A stretch of DNA of 64,000 bases from Candidatus Omnitrophota bacterium (GTDB lineage Bacteria; Omnitrophota; Omnitrophia; Omnitrophales; Aquincolibacteriaceae). A program made the translations under genes and the position numbers. The notes beneath the pieces are model-generated. The model saw nothing but the letters and a program-made list of their open reading frames with translations. It made no database searches and had not been told where the DNA came from. Each line of letters opens with the position of its first letter. The first letter of the stretch is position 1. The DNA lies in contig DAOPYQ010000005.1 in the NCBI GenBank assembly GCA_035352955.1, forward strand, positions 109,231 to 173,230, in the 5' to 3' direction. Below, one piece after another: positions 51,892-61,385 of the stretch.

Positions 51892-52671
51892 CTATTTTTT
51901 CCTGAACCATCCGAAGTGTGCTAATTTGATCCCAAGCTGGGTGATATACCGGTATAACTCCCGGGACCCGAACAGCTGGTATTCCCTTTCACGCGGAAAC
52001 GTGAGCGAACTGATCGCGCACAATTCATCATCCACCCATCCGGGATGACACATGATCTCGCTCGTTCCCTCCGGGAGCGTAAAAAGAAGGTGTCTCAGGA
52101 CCTCATCGGTCCAGAAGGTGTGAGGATCAAGGTTGCCGTAAAAATGGTCGGTGGTCTTCAGATACTTGTGCGTGGCCCGGACTCCGGGTTCGTTCAGGAT
52201 GCGGGACCAGCGGACCGGAAGACCGTGTTTTTTTACAAGCGCCGCAAGCGCGATAAAAAACGGCATATGATCGTGCATATGGTGATGGACGTCCACGTGC
52301 GTCGGGAGCCTCTTAAAAACCTTTACGAAGCGCTGGAGCTGGGCCTTAAATTCCTCGGAGATTTCCTCAACGGGCGGAAATTTTTTCGCAAGATACTCGG
52401 CCTGCTTTTTGAAACGGCCGTCTTTGCGGATCAGCGACTTCACGAGCGCCTTTTTCGCGACGGGCTCACCCAGCGTGATATTCAAATGCAGCCCGAGACC
52501 CAATTTTTTGCAGGCCAAGACCTCACGAACGACGTCCGGAGCCGTCGAAAGATTGATCATAAACGTCGTGCTGGCAACGATCCCGTTCTGGTGGGCCTTG
52601 AGGATCGCCTCGGTAACCTTCGGCGTCAGATTACAATCATCCGCGTTAACGATCAAAATCTTCTGTTTCAT
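51892..52671 (-). CDS. YdjC/ChbG-family carbohydrate deacetylase
   Basis: MKQKILIVNADDCNLTPKVTEAILKAHQNGIVASTTFMIN matches the YdjC N-terminal signature (LIINADDFG...GIVTSTS.M). Conserved His cluster HVDVHHHMH. Confidence 0.6.
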   Translation of the reverse strand: MKQKILIVNADDCNLTPKVTEAILKAHQNGIVASTTFMINLSTAPDVVREVLACKKLGLGLHLNITLGEPVAKKALVKSLIRKDGRFKKQAEYLAKKFPPVEEISEEFKAQLQRFVKVFKRLPTHVDVHHHMHDHMPFFIALAALVKKHGLPVRWSRILNEPGVRATHKYLKTTDHFYGNLDPHTFWTDEVLRHLLFTLPEGTSEIMCHPGWVDDELCAISSLTFPREREYQLFGSRELYRYITQLGIKLAHFGWFRKK

Positions 52672-52696
52672 GCCCCTGCTTCCGTTCCCGTCCGGT

Positions 52697-53077
52697 TCAC
52701 GGCACCACGATCACAACCGTCGCGATCGCGTACTCCCTTTCATGCGCGAGCGAAAGTTCAATCTGCGCTTTTCCGGGGATCTTCAATATTTTACAGGCCT
52801 GAGGCGTTAACGCGAGGTAAGGCTTCCCCGTCGCCTGCCGTTTGATCTCGATCCCTGAAAGTTTCAACCCTTTCTTTGGCTTTATCTTGAGAGCCTTCAG
52901 CACCGCTTCTTTGGCGGCAAACCGCGCCGCGTAATGCTCGAACCGCATGCGCTTCGAACGGCAGTAGGCCCGCTCGTCCGCGCTAAAAACACGCTCGATA
53001 AATGTCTTTCCCGAACGCCGGATCAACTGCTCCATCCGCGAAACCTTCACAAGATCGACGCCCTGAAAGATCTTCAC
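52697..53077 (-). CDS. acpS: holo-ACP synthase (4'-phosphopantetheinyl transferase). The start is probably a GTG near 53077.
   Basis: VKIFQGVDLVKVSRM...FSADERAYC...RFAAKEAVLKAL...GIEIKRQATGKPYL...ELSLAHEREYAIATVV is the canonical AcpS layout. The ORF-track N-terminal 86 aa are an over-extension. Confidence 0.7.
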   Translation of the reverse strand: MKIFQGVDLVKVSRMEQLIRRSGKTFIERVFSADERAYCRSKRMRFEHYAARFAAKEAVLKALKIKPKKGLKLSGIEIKRQATGKPYLALTPQACKILKIPGKAQIELSLAHEREYAIATVVIVVP

Positions 53078-53087
53078 TCGGGCGACC

Positions 53088-53396
53088 TCAGGAAGACACG
53101 GCGGTGCGGAGGAACCAGTAGACCAGCGCCGCAATAACGGCCACCGAAATGATATAAAAATTATTGAATCGCCAGAAATCCCAGAGTTTTTGACCGAAAG
53201 AAATGGAGGTCCCGACCTTTTTCTTTTTGAGGAGAACGTCGTACTTGAGGTTGAGGACCTCTTCTTTGCGGAAACGGATATAGACCCCGCCGATCTTGTA
53301 GGCGTGAAGGACCCCGTCGCGGATATACTTTTCAATCTCGCTTTGTTCAGCTTCGAGGTAATTCTTCACTTCATCGAAAGTCAGCATATTGTTCAT
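53088..53396 (-). CDS. membrane-anchored excisionase-family HTH (HTH_17) protein
   Basis: LTFDEVKNYLEAEQSEIEKYIRDGVLHAYKIGGVYIRFRKEEV is an excisionase/MerR-type HTH. It is followed by a C-terminal TM helix FYIISVAVIAALVYWFL. Confidence 0.45.
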   Translation of the reverse strand: MNNMLTFDEVKNYLEAEQSEIEKYIRDGVLHAYKIGGVYIRFRKEEVLNLKYDVLLKKKKVGTSISFGQKLWDFWRFNNFYIISVAVIAALVYWFLRTAVSS

Positions 53397-53464
53397 GACA
53401 GATCAAAATCCTCTGGTAGGAACCGGAAAGACCGGAACAGACCGGGCTGCAAAATCGACGAAGG

Positions 53465-54034
53465 TTAGACGCGAGCCCGTTCCTGCTGGATCCACTGGTC
53501 AACCTCAGCCTTGATAAAAATCCAGTTGCCGTTCTCAAAGCGGGCCGGGATCTTCTTGGAGTGCGCCCAATCCTCAATGACCTTGGATTCGACTTCCAGA
53601 TACTGAGCCACATCCTTCAACGTCAGGAACACATCCACGCCGTCCGCCGACGTGGCTCCCTGCATTCCGACATGCCCCTGCAGAACCGCGCCCTCGACCA
53701 TGCTCATCCGGGGCGTCGTCACGTTCCCTTTCAAGGTCGCCGAACCGAGGATTGCAAGGCTCCGGGTCGCCACGATATCACCGGTCACCTTGCCCGCGAT
53801 CACGATGTTGTCACCATGGATATTGGCCGCCACCTTCGCATTCTCACCGATCGTGAGATTGCCGCGGGTATCGAGCTTTCCCTCAAAACTGCCGTTAATG
53901 CGGAGATTCACGGGATCTTTAAACGAAATCGTCCCCTGCATGCTCGCGTCGACATCAAGGATCTTTTCCTGGATCTCATCTTTCTTTTTTTGGGCCATGG
54001 GTTTCGCTCTCCTTTGGGCGTATTTTGAGATCAA
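53465..54034 (-). CDS. bactofilin (CcmA/DUF583) with a C-terminal excisionase-type HTH extension
   Basis: The beta-helical repeats ISFKDPVNLRINGSFEGKLDTRGNLTIGENAKVAANIHGDNIVIAGKVTGDIVATRSLAILGSATLKGNV are typical of bactofilin. The C-terminus DVFLTLKDVAQYLEVESKVIEDWAHSKKIPARFENGNWIFIKAEVDQWI is an HTH_17-like domain. The start may be the Met at ~53998. Confidence 0.6.
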   Translation of the reverse strand: MISKYAQRRAKPMAQKKKDEIQEKILDVDASMQGTISFKDPVNLRINGSFEGKLDTRGNLTIGENAKVAANIHGDNIVIAGKVTGDIVATRSLAILGSATLKGNVTTPRMSMVEGAVLQGHVGMQGATSADGVDVFLTLKDVAQYLEVESKVIEDWAHSKKIPARFENGNWIFIKAEVDQWIQQERARV

Positions 54035-54126
54035 AAATCTGAATCATTATCATGGTTTTGCTGGGGGTTGTCAATGAAACTACCGTCAAAACGGACGACG
54101 AATCGCGGATGGCGCAAACAGGTTTT

Positions 54127-54157
54127 GTCGTCATCCGTCAACCTTCATCCGCCATCC
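54127..54157. repeat. GGATG-type heptamer array (reverse complement ggatggcggatgaaggttgacggatgacgac) in the bactofilin-mnmA intergenic region
   Basis: Member of the dispersed array family also found at 31867-31888, 33097-33127, 35045-35075 and 35100-35121. Confidence 0.5.
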
Positions 54158-54161
54158 AATC

Positions 54162-55244
54162 TCAGAGGATCTCCCCGCCCCCGAGGCAGACGCCGCGCTG
54201 GTAAAAAACCGCGAACTGTCCCGGCGTGACGGCACGCTGAGGTTTGTCGAAAACGATACGGGCCTTGTTCCCGGGACCGGGAAAGAGCTTTCCCGGCGCG
54301 GCAGTCTGGCGATAGCGAACTTTGGCCCGGACGCGAACAGGCTTTCCGGGACGCCTAGAAATAAAATTACACGGCGAAAGGATCACTTCCTTGCTCAGCA
54401 GTCTTTTCTCGTCGTTTGTCACGTTCAGGATATTACGGCGGACATCGAACCCGGCCACGAAGAACGGCCCGCCCGAAAGCCCCAGCCCCTTGCGTTGCCC
54501 GATCGTGTAAAAATGAAGCCCCCGGTGGCGGCCGAGGATCATACCTTTTTCGTCCCGGATATCGCCTTCCTTCTCCCCGAGCTCTGCGGCAAGGAACGCA
54601 TCCATAGAGCTCCCTGCGACGAAACAGAAATCCTGGCTCTGCTTGCGTTTGAGGAAGATCTCGAAACCGAGTTCTTCGGCCATCTGGTAGATCTCTTTTT
54701 TGGTATGGCCGCTCAAAGGAAAAATGATCCGGCTCAGCTGTTCCTGCGAAAGAAAACTCAGGGAATACGTCTGGTCCTTCTCGGAATCTCCGGCGGGAAG
54801 GAGTTCCGCCCTGCCGCTCCGACGGTTCTTCCTGACGCTCGCATAATGGCCCGTCGCAACATGGCGAATCCCGTGGCGGCGCGCCCATTCGAAAAGTTTC
54901 TTGAATTTAAGATGCCGATTGCACATCACGCAGGGATTCGGCGTCCGGTGATCACGGAGTCGCGCGAGAAAATAATCGATGACCTCTTTTTTGAACTCGC
55001 GGGAGACATCGAAAATATGATAAGGAACGCCGAGCTTCCGGCAAACGTCTTTCGCGATTGCGAAAGATTCGGCGCTGCAACAAATATTTTCGCGCAGGCA
55101 GTTACGCGGATCTTCCCATACCGGATATTTGAGAGATACGCCGACGGGGTCCCACCCTTGCGCCTTTAGGAGCACGAGCGCCATAGAAGAATCCACCCCG
55201 CCCGACATTCCGACCACGATGGGTTTCCGTCCGGCTTTTTTCAT
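54162..55244 (-). CDS. mnmA: tRNA-specific 2-thiouridylase
   Basis: PP-loop VVGMSGGVDSSMALVLLKAQGWDPVGVSL, then the catalytic Cys region HRTPNPCVMCNRHLKF. Confidence 0.85.
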   Translation of the reverse strand: MKKAGRKPIVVGMSGGVDSSMALVLLKAQGWDPVGVSLKYPVWEDPRNCLRENICCSAESFAIAKDVCRKLGVPYHIFDVSREFKKEVIDYFLARLRDHRTPNPCVMCNRHLKFKKLFEWARRHGIRHVATGHYASVRKNRRSGRAELLPAGDSEKDQTYSLSFLSQEQLSRIIFPLSGHTKKEIYQMAEELGFEIFLKRKQSQDFCFVAGSSMDAFLAAELGEKEGDIRDEKGMILGRHRGLHFYTIGQRKGLGLSGGPFFVAGFDVRRNILNVTNDEKRLLSKEVILSPCNFISRRPGKPVRVRAKVRYRQTAAPGKLFPGPGNKARIVFDKPQRAVTPGQFAVFYQRGVCLGGGEIL

Positions 55245-55253
55245 GACAACACG

Positions 55254-55949
55254 TCAGGGCCTTCCGAAAAAGTGGTAAAAACCGGAAAGCCGGAGGCTGA
55301 AGGCAAAGTCCGAACCCGACGAGACCGAGATCTTGATACGGCGGAGAAGATAAGGATTCCCCTCATACTTCCGGTCGTGAATATGGCTCGCCGCGCAACC
55401 GTAGACATACCCGGCGCCGCGGACCATCTCGAGGATCTTGTCATTGAAAGATCCCGACGGGTACGAAATGCCGCGCACTTCTTTGCCGAGCCGGTCTTCC
55501 AGGATCTTTTTGGACGCGACGATCGATTCCCAAGCTTCTTTTTCGGGGATATCCCCCAGCGGCTTGTGATAAAGGGTATGGCTGCCGATCTCGAGGCTCG
55601 GCGTCCTGGCCATTTCCTTGAGCATGTCCCAAGTCATGAATCCTTCTTTTCCGACATCCCCCGGCGTCACAAAAAAAGTTCCCGCGAAGCCGTGCCCTTT
55701 CAAGACCGGAAAAACACGTTCGTAATTGTCCTGGTAACCGTCATCGAAGGTCATCGCGACCTTCCGACCGAAAAACCCCTCCTTCCATCCGCTCTTCACG
55801 CACGCCTCAAGCGGGACCGTCCGGAATCCCCGCTCTTTCAAAAAAAGCATCTGCTTCTGAAAAAGCTCCGGAGAGATCGCAAGCTTGTTGCCGGGAAACC
55901 GGGCGGGGTCCAGACTGTGATACGCAAGGACCGGAATGAATTTTTTCAT
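55254..55949 (-). CDS. polysaccharide deacetylase (CE4 / NodB-homology)
   Basis: VLAYHSL...RKVAMTFDDGYQDNYERVFPVLKGHGFAGTFFV are the NodB motifs TFDDG and HGxxxTFF. Confidence 0.7.
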   Translation of the reverse strand: MKKFIPVLAYHSLDPARFPGNKLAISPELFQKQMLFLKERGFRTVPLEACVKSGWKEGFFGRKVAMTFDDGYQDNYERVFPVLKGHGFAGTFFVTPGDVGKEGFMTWDMLKEMARTPSLEIGSHTLYHKPLGDIPEKEAWESIVASKKILEDRLGKEVRGISYPSGSFNDKILEMVRGAGYVYGCAASHIHDRKYEGNPYLLRRIKISVSSGSDFAFSLRLSGFYHFFGRP

Positions 55950-57064
55950 GCCGCTCCTTTCAGGACCTTTTCGTAAACATCCTGGATCTGCCGGTACATA
56001 TTCACCGAGGAATAATCCGCCGCGGCAAGACGCCCGACCCTGGATCTTTCCTCGCGCAAGGCCGGATCATTCTTATACTGAAGGATCCGCCCGGCAAGTT
56101 CAGGGACATTCCCTTCTTCAAAAAGAAGACCGCGCTTCCCGTAGCCCAAAAGCTCCGCGATACCTCCCGAATTGGAACCGATCGCCGGAAGCCCGGCCGT
56201 CATCGCCTCAAGGATCGAAAGCCCGAAGGCCTCAGGCCAAAGATACGGAGCGGCAAAAACATCCGCGGCCTTCAAAGGTTTTTCGGTCTCGGTCACGTTC
56301 CCGAGAAACCGGATCGCGTCTCCGAGGCCAAGCTCCGCCACCCGGTTCTTCAATTTACGCGCGTAGGCTTCGTCCCCCATTCCCGCCACCAAAAGGCGAA
56401 CCTCCGGGAATTCCTTGTGAACGAGCAAAAAGGCCTCGATCAAGATATGGACCCCCTTGACGGGGATCAGTCGGGAAAGCGCAAGCACCACGAAGTGACG
56501 ATCCTCATACCCGTATTCCTTCCGGACGGCCTGCCGGTCCACCTTCTGGATCCGGTGCCGAAGCGCGTCCACATCGATCCCGTTCAACGCCACGATCACC
56601 GGCGGCAAATGTTTTTCGCCAAAGATCTCGTAGAGACCATTCTTCATCGTCTGGGAGATCGCCATAACAGCTCGCCCCCAGCAAGGAAAAAGCCGGCGGC
56701 CGAGACGGTTCTTGTAAAACATGTGCGCCGTGGACACGTATGGCGTTTGGACAAAAAAAGTCGCGGCCGCGGTCAGTACCTGTGCGACCCGCGTGTGGGT
56801 GTGGAGGATGTCGAGACGGTTCTTTTTCAGAAAAGAAACGAGTTTGGGAAGCTGGCCCCAGAGCTTCGGAGAAAGCTCGCTCTTGCACCGCGGCACATCG
56901 GAGATCACCCCGGCGCAACAATCCCTGAAATCCTTGGCACAAACCCCGTCGCTCGCCCAAACGTAAACCTCATGGCCGGCCTTCGTCTGCTCGCGGACGA
57001 GCGTAAGAAGATACGTCGTGATGCCCCCGGTATGGAGGTGCGTCGTTATGTGAAGGATCTTCAA
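55946..57064 (-). CDS. family-4 glycosyltransferase
   Basis: MKILHITTHLHTGGITTYLLTLVREQTKAGHEV, and the C-terminal EAFGLSILEAMTAGLPAIGSNSGGIAEL is the GT4 E-x7-E-like region. Confidence 0.7.
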   Translation of the reverse strand: MKILHITTHLHTGGITTYLLTLVREQTKAGHEVYVWASDGVCAKDFRDCCAGVISDVPRCKSELSPKLWGQLPKLVSFLKKNRLDILHTHTRVAQVLTAAATFFVQTPYVSTAHMFYKNRLGRRLFPCWGRAVMAISQTMKNGLYEIFGEKHLPPVIVALNGIDVDALRHRIQKVDRQAVRKEYGYEDRHFVVLALSRLIPVKGVHILIEAFLLVHKEFPEVRLLVAGMGDEAYARKLKNRVAELGLGDAIRFLGNVTETEKPLKAADVFAAPYLWPEAFGLSILEAMTAGLPAIGSNSGGIAELLGYGKRGLLFEEGNVPELAGRILQYKNDPALREERSRVGRLAAADYSSVNMYRQIQDVYEKVLKGAA

Positions 57065-57149
57065 CCGTTTCCCCCTGGCTTTATCCGTAATGAAAAGGGG
57101 CTTTCCCCCTGTCCGGGGGGCAAGCCCCTTGAAATTATTTTTCCGAACC

Positions 57150-57593
57150 TTAAAACTGAGAAGTGCAATTCGGGCAACGGACCGCCTTGATCGCGACGGT
57201 CGAACAGCAAAACGGGCATTCTTTGGTCGTCGGCGCCGCGGGAGTCCCCGGAGTCGCCGGTTTCTGGAGCCTATTGATCTGCTTGATCAGAATAAAGATG
57301 ACAAACGCCACGATCAGAAAATTGATCACGTTGTTGAGAAACATCCCGTAATTCAACGTCGGCGCGCCTGCCTTCTGGGCTTCCGCGAGAGACACGAAAA
57401 CCTTGTCGGACATATTGAGATACAGGTTCGAGAAATCCACTTTACCGAGCAAAAGCCCGATCGGCGGCATCAAAACGTCATTGACTAGGGAGGTTACGAT
57501 CTTCCCGAACGCGGCACCAATGATCACACCGACCGCCATATCGATCACATTGCCGCGCATCACAAACTGTTTGAATTCATCGAGAATCTTCAT
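57150..57593 (-). CDS. mscL: large-conductance mechanosensitive channel with a C-terminal Cys4 zinc-ribbon tail
   Basis: [55 protein letters not shown] is the MscL N-terminus and TM1. The C-terminus [24 protein letters not shown] replaces the usual helical bundle. The ORF-track N-terminal 36 aa are an over-extension. Confidence 0.8.
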   Translation of the reverse strand: MKILDEFKQFVMRGNVIDMAVGVIIGAAFGKIVTSLVNDVLMPPIGLLLGKVDFSNLYLNMSDKVFVSLAEAQKAGAPTLNYGMFLNNVINFLIVAFVIFILIKQINRLQKPATPGTPAAPTTKECPFCCSTVAIKAVRCPNCTSQF

Positions 57594-57645
57594 CGTTTGG
57601 GTCCCTCCTTGAGTTGAAATTCTCCTTCGAACGTCTACGACGGAA

Positions 57646-58023
57646 CTAATCCAGCCGGACTTTGGAAAGGTCCGCGCCCTTTTCCTGAAGCTTGTTGACA
57701 TAGATCTGGTAACGCTCCAGAAGAGCCGTCGCGTCGACCTGGATCTTGCTGAGACGGTTCTTGATGGATTTTGATTTGTCGCTGAAGATCTCCTTGACCG
57801 GAAGACCTTTCATCTCATCCGTGATCTTCCCGAGCTCGACTTTCTGGGCGCGGACCTCCTTGGCGTAAGCGGCCGCCGTGCTCTCCAGGTCCGCGACCGA
57901 CATCGTCTGGACCTCCTGCTGGATTTTGGCAATGGGTTTCTTGGGATCCACTTTTTTTGAGCACCCCGTCAACGCGGCAACCGTCATGATAAGAGCAAAT
58001 ACTGCGAAATTTCGAACTTTCAT
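57646..58023 (-). CDS. small lipoprotein, hypothetical
   Basis: Signal peptide plus lipobox LTGC|S: [24 protein letters not shown]. Confidence 0.4.
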   Translation of the reverse strand: MKVRNFAVFALIMTVAALTGCSKKVDPKKPIAKIQQEVQTMSVADLESTAAAYAKEVRAQKVELGKITDEMKGLPVKEIFSDKSKSIKNRLSKIQVDATALLERYQIYVNKLQEKGADLSKVRLD

Positions 58024-58210
58024 AGCTGACTCCCTTTGGTTGGATCAAAAACGCCTCAAACCCGAAACGGTCCGGGACGCCTGAAGAATCGCTCTCCGCT
58101 TCTCCGGACATTCCCCTCTAGGAAAACCCTCCGGAAAGTTCCAGAGCTGCGGCATCTTAACATGAGCCCCGCTGCCATTGCAAAAAGTTTAACCTAACGG
58201 ATTGTTCCGT

Positions 58211-59080
58211 TTACAATCCACGCATCCCCTCGGGCCGGAGCCGGATCCCTCCGTCGAACGCGGCCTTCAGCGCGGTCAAAAGCGCCGGTTTGTCTTTGGG
58301 AAAGGTTCCCTGAAGCGGCAAATGGTTCGAGGCGTGGTCCGAGCGGAACACCGTGTGTCTGAGTTCAAGTCCTTGAACGATCTCGTAAGCCTCCCGTAAC
58401 AGCTCCCTGGAATTCAATTCGACGAATTCCCCGCGGCGAATTTCATCCGCTAAGGGAGTTCCGGGAATGACCATCAGCGAAAGAAAGGAAAGATACCGGG
58501 GCTGCATCCGGTTCAGGGCTTCGATCGTGCCGCTGACATGCCCCGCAGAATCCCGCTTCCCGCCCAACCCCAGCAGCACAATGACCGAAGAACGGATACC
58601 CGACTGCTCCGCCCGCTGTACCGCCTCGATCATCTCCCCAACGCTCGACGTTTTTCCGCACCGGTCGAGCACGGCCTGGCTGCCGCTTTCCAGCCCCATA
58701 TAGATCAGACTGAGTTTGCGCTGATAAAGCTCCGCCAATCCCGCGTCACTGATCCGTTTAAAATTCGCCCCGTTCGCGTAGCTTGAAACTCGCGCAAGCC
58801 GCGGAAACGACTGTTCCAGTTTTTCAAGAATCGGGATCAGTTTGGAAGGACCGAGCACCAACGCATCGCCGTCCATCAGAAAAACGCGCCGCGTCCCGGG
58901 ATAGCGACGGGCATACCGTTCAATGTCAGAAAAAATTTCCGTGGGGTCTTTGATACGGAAAGGCTTGGTCTTGTAGGCGCCGCAGAAACTGCAGTGGTCC
59001 GCCGAACATCCGAGCGTCACCTGCAGGAGGAAACTTTCCGCTTCCGCGGGAGGTCTTATCACGGGTTCAAGGATCGGCAT
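58211..59080 (-). CDS. radical SAM family protein (cluster motif CX4CX2C)
   Basis: LQVTLGCSADHCSFCGAY (Cys spacing 4 and 2) plus a glycine-rich SAM-binding region MGLESGS. Subfamily not assigned. Confidence 0.65.
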   Translation of the reverse strand: MPILEPVIRPPAEAESFLLQVTLGCSADHCSFCGAYKTKPFRIKDPTEIFSDIERYARRYPGTRRVFLMDGDALVLGPSKLIPILEKLEQSFPRLARVSSYANGANFKRISDAGLAELYQRKLSLIYMGLESGSQAVLDRCGKTSSVGEMIEAVQRAEQSGIRSSVIVLLGLGGKRDSAGHVSGTIEALNRMQPRYLSFLSLMVIPGTPLADEIRRGEFVELNSRELLREAYEIVQGLELRHTVFRSDHASNHLPLQGTFPKDKPALLTALKAAFDGGIRLRPEGMRGL

Positions 59081-59100
59081 GAGGATTCCGTTCGGCCCTT

Positions 59101-60030
59101 TTATTTTTTGACGGCCCAGCGCAGGATCGCGCTTTTGGAACGCGGGTTATCGTAACATTCCTGGGGCGTTGGCCGGATCGCGTCGCGGCCTGTCTCCGAG
59201 TAAATTCCCGCTTCGACGCCTTCGGTAAAAGAAAACACCACTCGATCATCCTCGCCGGAATGAAACGTCAGGACCGCGACCCTGCCCCCGGCGTTAAGAC
59301 AATACGGCAGATTTCTCAGGAACTGATCGAGCGCGGAAAACTCGTCATTGACGGCGATCCGGAGTGCCTGAAAAACCCTCCGGATGGACCGAGTCAGTGA
59401 TTCTTCCGAATACTCGGAAGAAACAGGCGGCAGCGCCTCGCGGATGACCCCCGCGAGCCCGGTCGTGGTCGAGATCCTTTCCCGGGACTGATAGATCGCC
59501 TTCGCGATGGCGCGAGAATAAGGTTCATCCGAATAGAGCCGGAGCATCCCTTCAAGATCTTCTTCCGCAAGCGACCGGATCAGGACCGAAGCGGGCCGGC
59601 CCCGATGAGGGTTGAGCCTGAGATCAAGCGGCCCTTCCGCTTTAAAAGTAAACCCCCGCGAGGGATCATCCAGCTGCATGGAAGAGACTCCGAGATCGGC
59701 CAGGATAAAATCAAAACCCCCGCCCGCATCGGCGAGCAGTTTCGGAACCCCCGCAAAATTGGTCTTTCGGATCACGAGCTCGCTTTCCGAAAAACCCGCT
59801 TCACGGAGCCGCTTCTCGGTGCGCACGATCTCGATCGGATCCACGTCGATCGCGAAAAGGCGCCCGCCCGGACGGATTCTCGCGAGAAGTTCCCTCGCAT
59901 GCCCCCCGTAACCCAACGTCGCGTCAAGACCGGTCTGCCCCGGCTTGGGGCTGAGAACTCGGAGGACTTCTTCCACGCAAACAGGACGATGGGAACCCGC
60001 CGGTGTTTTCCCGCTCTTCAGGACCTTTTC
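59101..60030 (-). CDS. rsmH: 16S rRNA m4C1402 methyltransferase RsmH (MraW). The start is uncertain; the ORF extends to 60309.
   Basis: HRPVCVEEVLRVLSPKPGQTGLDATLGYGGHARELL...FAIDVDP matches RsmH (HIPVLL.E.L.....G.YVD.TFGGGGHS). The ~100-aa upstream in-frame extension overlaps the cupin ORF and is probably not translated. Confidence 0.7.
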   Translation of the reverse strand, partial: EKVLKSGKTPAGSHRPVCVEEVLRVLSPKPGQTGLDATLGYGGHARELLARIRPGGRLFAIDVDPIEIVRTEKRLREAGFSESELVIRKTNFAGVPKLLADAGGGFDFILADLGVSSMQLDDPSRGFTFKAEGPLDLRLNPHRGRPASVLIRSLAEEDLEGMLRLYSDEPYSRAIAKAIYQSRERISTTTGLAGVIREALPPVSSEYSEESLTRSIRRVFQALRIAVNDEFSALDQFLRNLPYCLNAGGRVAVLTFHSGEDDRVVFSFTEGVEAGIYSETGRDAIRPTPQECYDNPRSKSAILRWAVKK

Positions 60031-60178
60031 AACATCGGGGGCGTACTTGGCGGGATCAAGTTCTTTGTATTTTTCCTCAAACCGGCGAGGATGCGTACCT
60101 TTGTAGCGGGGCCGCCGTTTTCGTTGAGGTTCTTGCGGCGTTTTCTCGGGATTTATCAAAGCGATCCGGCCTTTCCCC

Positions 60179-60523
60179 TCAGCCCTCGGCCCAATGAACG
60201 GCCAGCCATACGGTTCTTTGTTTGGGGTGGGTCCAATCCACACGATGGGAGGTTTTTCGCGGAATGAACACATGCTCACCGGCCTTGAGATCGAATTGCT
60301 TCGGAACACCCTTGAATAAAAGACGCGCCCTGCCTTTCAGGACGATCACCCACTCCGCGGCTTTCGAGCAAAGCCATTGCCCCGGCGGGGTCGCCTGCCC
60401 GCGGGAAACAATCCTTTCGATCCTGAGGCCTCTCCCCTTTCGCAGAGTCTGAAAAACCTCACGTCCCCTTGCATCGGGAAGTCCGGAAAAAACATTATGG
60501 ATCTTTACTTTTGGCACAGACAC
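60179..60523 (-). CDS. cupin-domain protein, hypothetical
   Basis: 114 aa with a cupin-like beta-barrel pattern (WVIVLKGRARLLFKG...GEHVFIPRKTSHRVDW). Confidence 0.4.
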   Translation of the reverse strand: MSVPKVKIHNVFSGLPDARGREVFQTLRKGRGLRIERIVSRGQATPPGQWLCSKAAEWVIVLKGRARLLFKGVPKQFDLKAGEHVFIPRKTSHRVDWTHPKQRTVWLAVHWAEG

Positions 60524-60542
60524 CGCCTCCGAGTCATCCTTT

Positions 60543-60908
60543 TCACTGAATAAATAACCGGCGCAGCCAGGAAAGAAAACCTTTGCCCTGGGCTGTGGAA
60601 GGCTCCGGAAAGGATTCCGGGGGAAGTTCGCTTTGCGGTTCCGGACCGCTCCCCGGCTCCGGCGGCGCCTGAAGGTCCTTGAGCAAAACCTCGGCCCGCG
60701 TCCGGTCTTCCGGACGGATATAGACTTTCACCGTGCCCATCAGAGGATTCAGGCCCCCCATGCTTCCCATCGCAAACAAATTCTGCACGCCTTCGTTCTT
60801 GATGAAACAATCGATCTCCGCTGCCTCAAGCGCTGCCCGCACCACCTCGGCCCGCAACGGATCTCCGTCCTCGAAAATCAAAAAGAATTCTTCCGTATCT
60901 TTTGCCAT
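60543..60908 (-). CDS. DUF2007-like small protein, hypothetical
   Basis: N-terminal half resembles the DUF2007 fold pattern (AEVVRAALEAAEIDCFIKNE...). Pro/Glu-rich tail. Confidence 0.3.
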   Translation of the reverse strand: MAKDTEEFFLIFEDGDPLRAEVVRAALEAAEIDCFIKNEGVQNLFAMGSMGGLNPLMGTVKVYIRPEDRTRAEVLLKDLQAPPEPGSGPEPQSELPPESFPEPSTAQGKGFLSWLRRLFIQ

Positions 60909-60909
60909 A

Positions 60910-61299
60910 TTACCTCCTGAGCCCGTACGGGCGACATCCCTTTGGGGCGATCACTTCCGCGGCAAGCGTCAACGCTCCGAGGACCGGGTGCAAATGCTGG
61001 TCGATAAAACCCGGCATGATGATTTTGGAGCTCAACGTGTCATCGACCGAATAAGGTCGATCGCCGAGGGTCGACTTGACCTCCTCGAGTGTCCCGGCCG
61101 CGAGGATCTTTCCGCCGGCAACGGCCACCGCGGTTGCGAACGGATTTTCGCGCTCCATCGTGATGACTTTTGGGGCCGTATAGATCTTGACCGGAGAGGG
61201 CGCCTGCGATACCGCGGCGCCTAAACCCGCGGATTCGGCCGCCAGAACATGTTGGACAAGCGCGCACGACAAAACAAGGACGGCTAACGCACCCATCCC
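60910..61299 (-). pseudogene. truncated amidohydrolase-family N-terminus (signal peptide plus ~90 aa), probable gene remnant
   Basis: MGALAVLVLSCALVQHVLAAESA...AVAVAGGKILAAGTLEEVK...IIMPGFIDQHLHP is an amidohydrolase N-terminal signature. The ORF stops after ~130 aa, where ~500 aa would be expected. Confidence 0.35.
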
Positions 61300-61385
61300 A
61301 TGAGATCTGTTATCCACCCGCATCCTCCCATCGAAATTGAATTCCGCCTCTTCGCAAACGGCAGAACGTTCCCCGCCCTGTTTTT

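Noticed and set aside
51684-51910. Intrinsic terminator between the convergent zinc-ribbon ORF and the ChbG-like gene
   Set aside because: There is a T-run (ctctattttttcc), but I could not find a convincing GC-rich inverted repeat immediately upstream.
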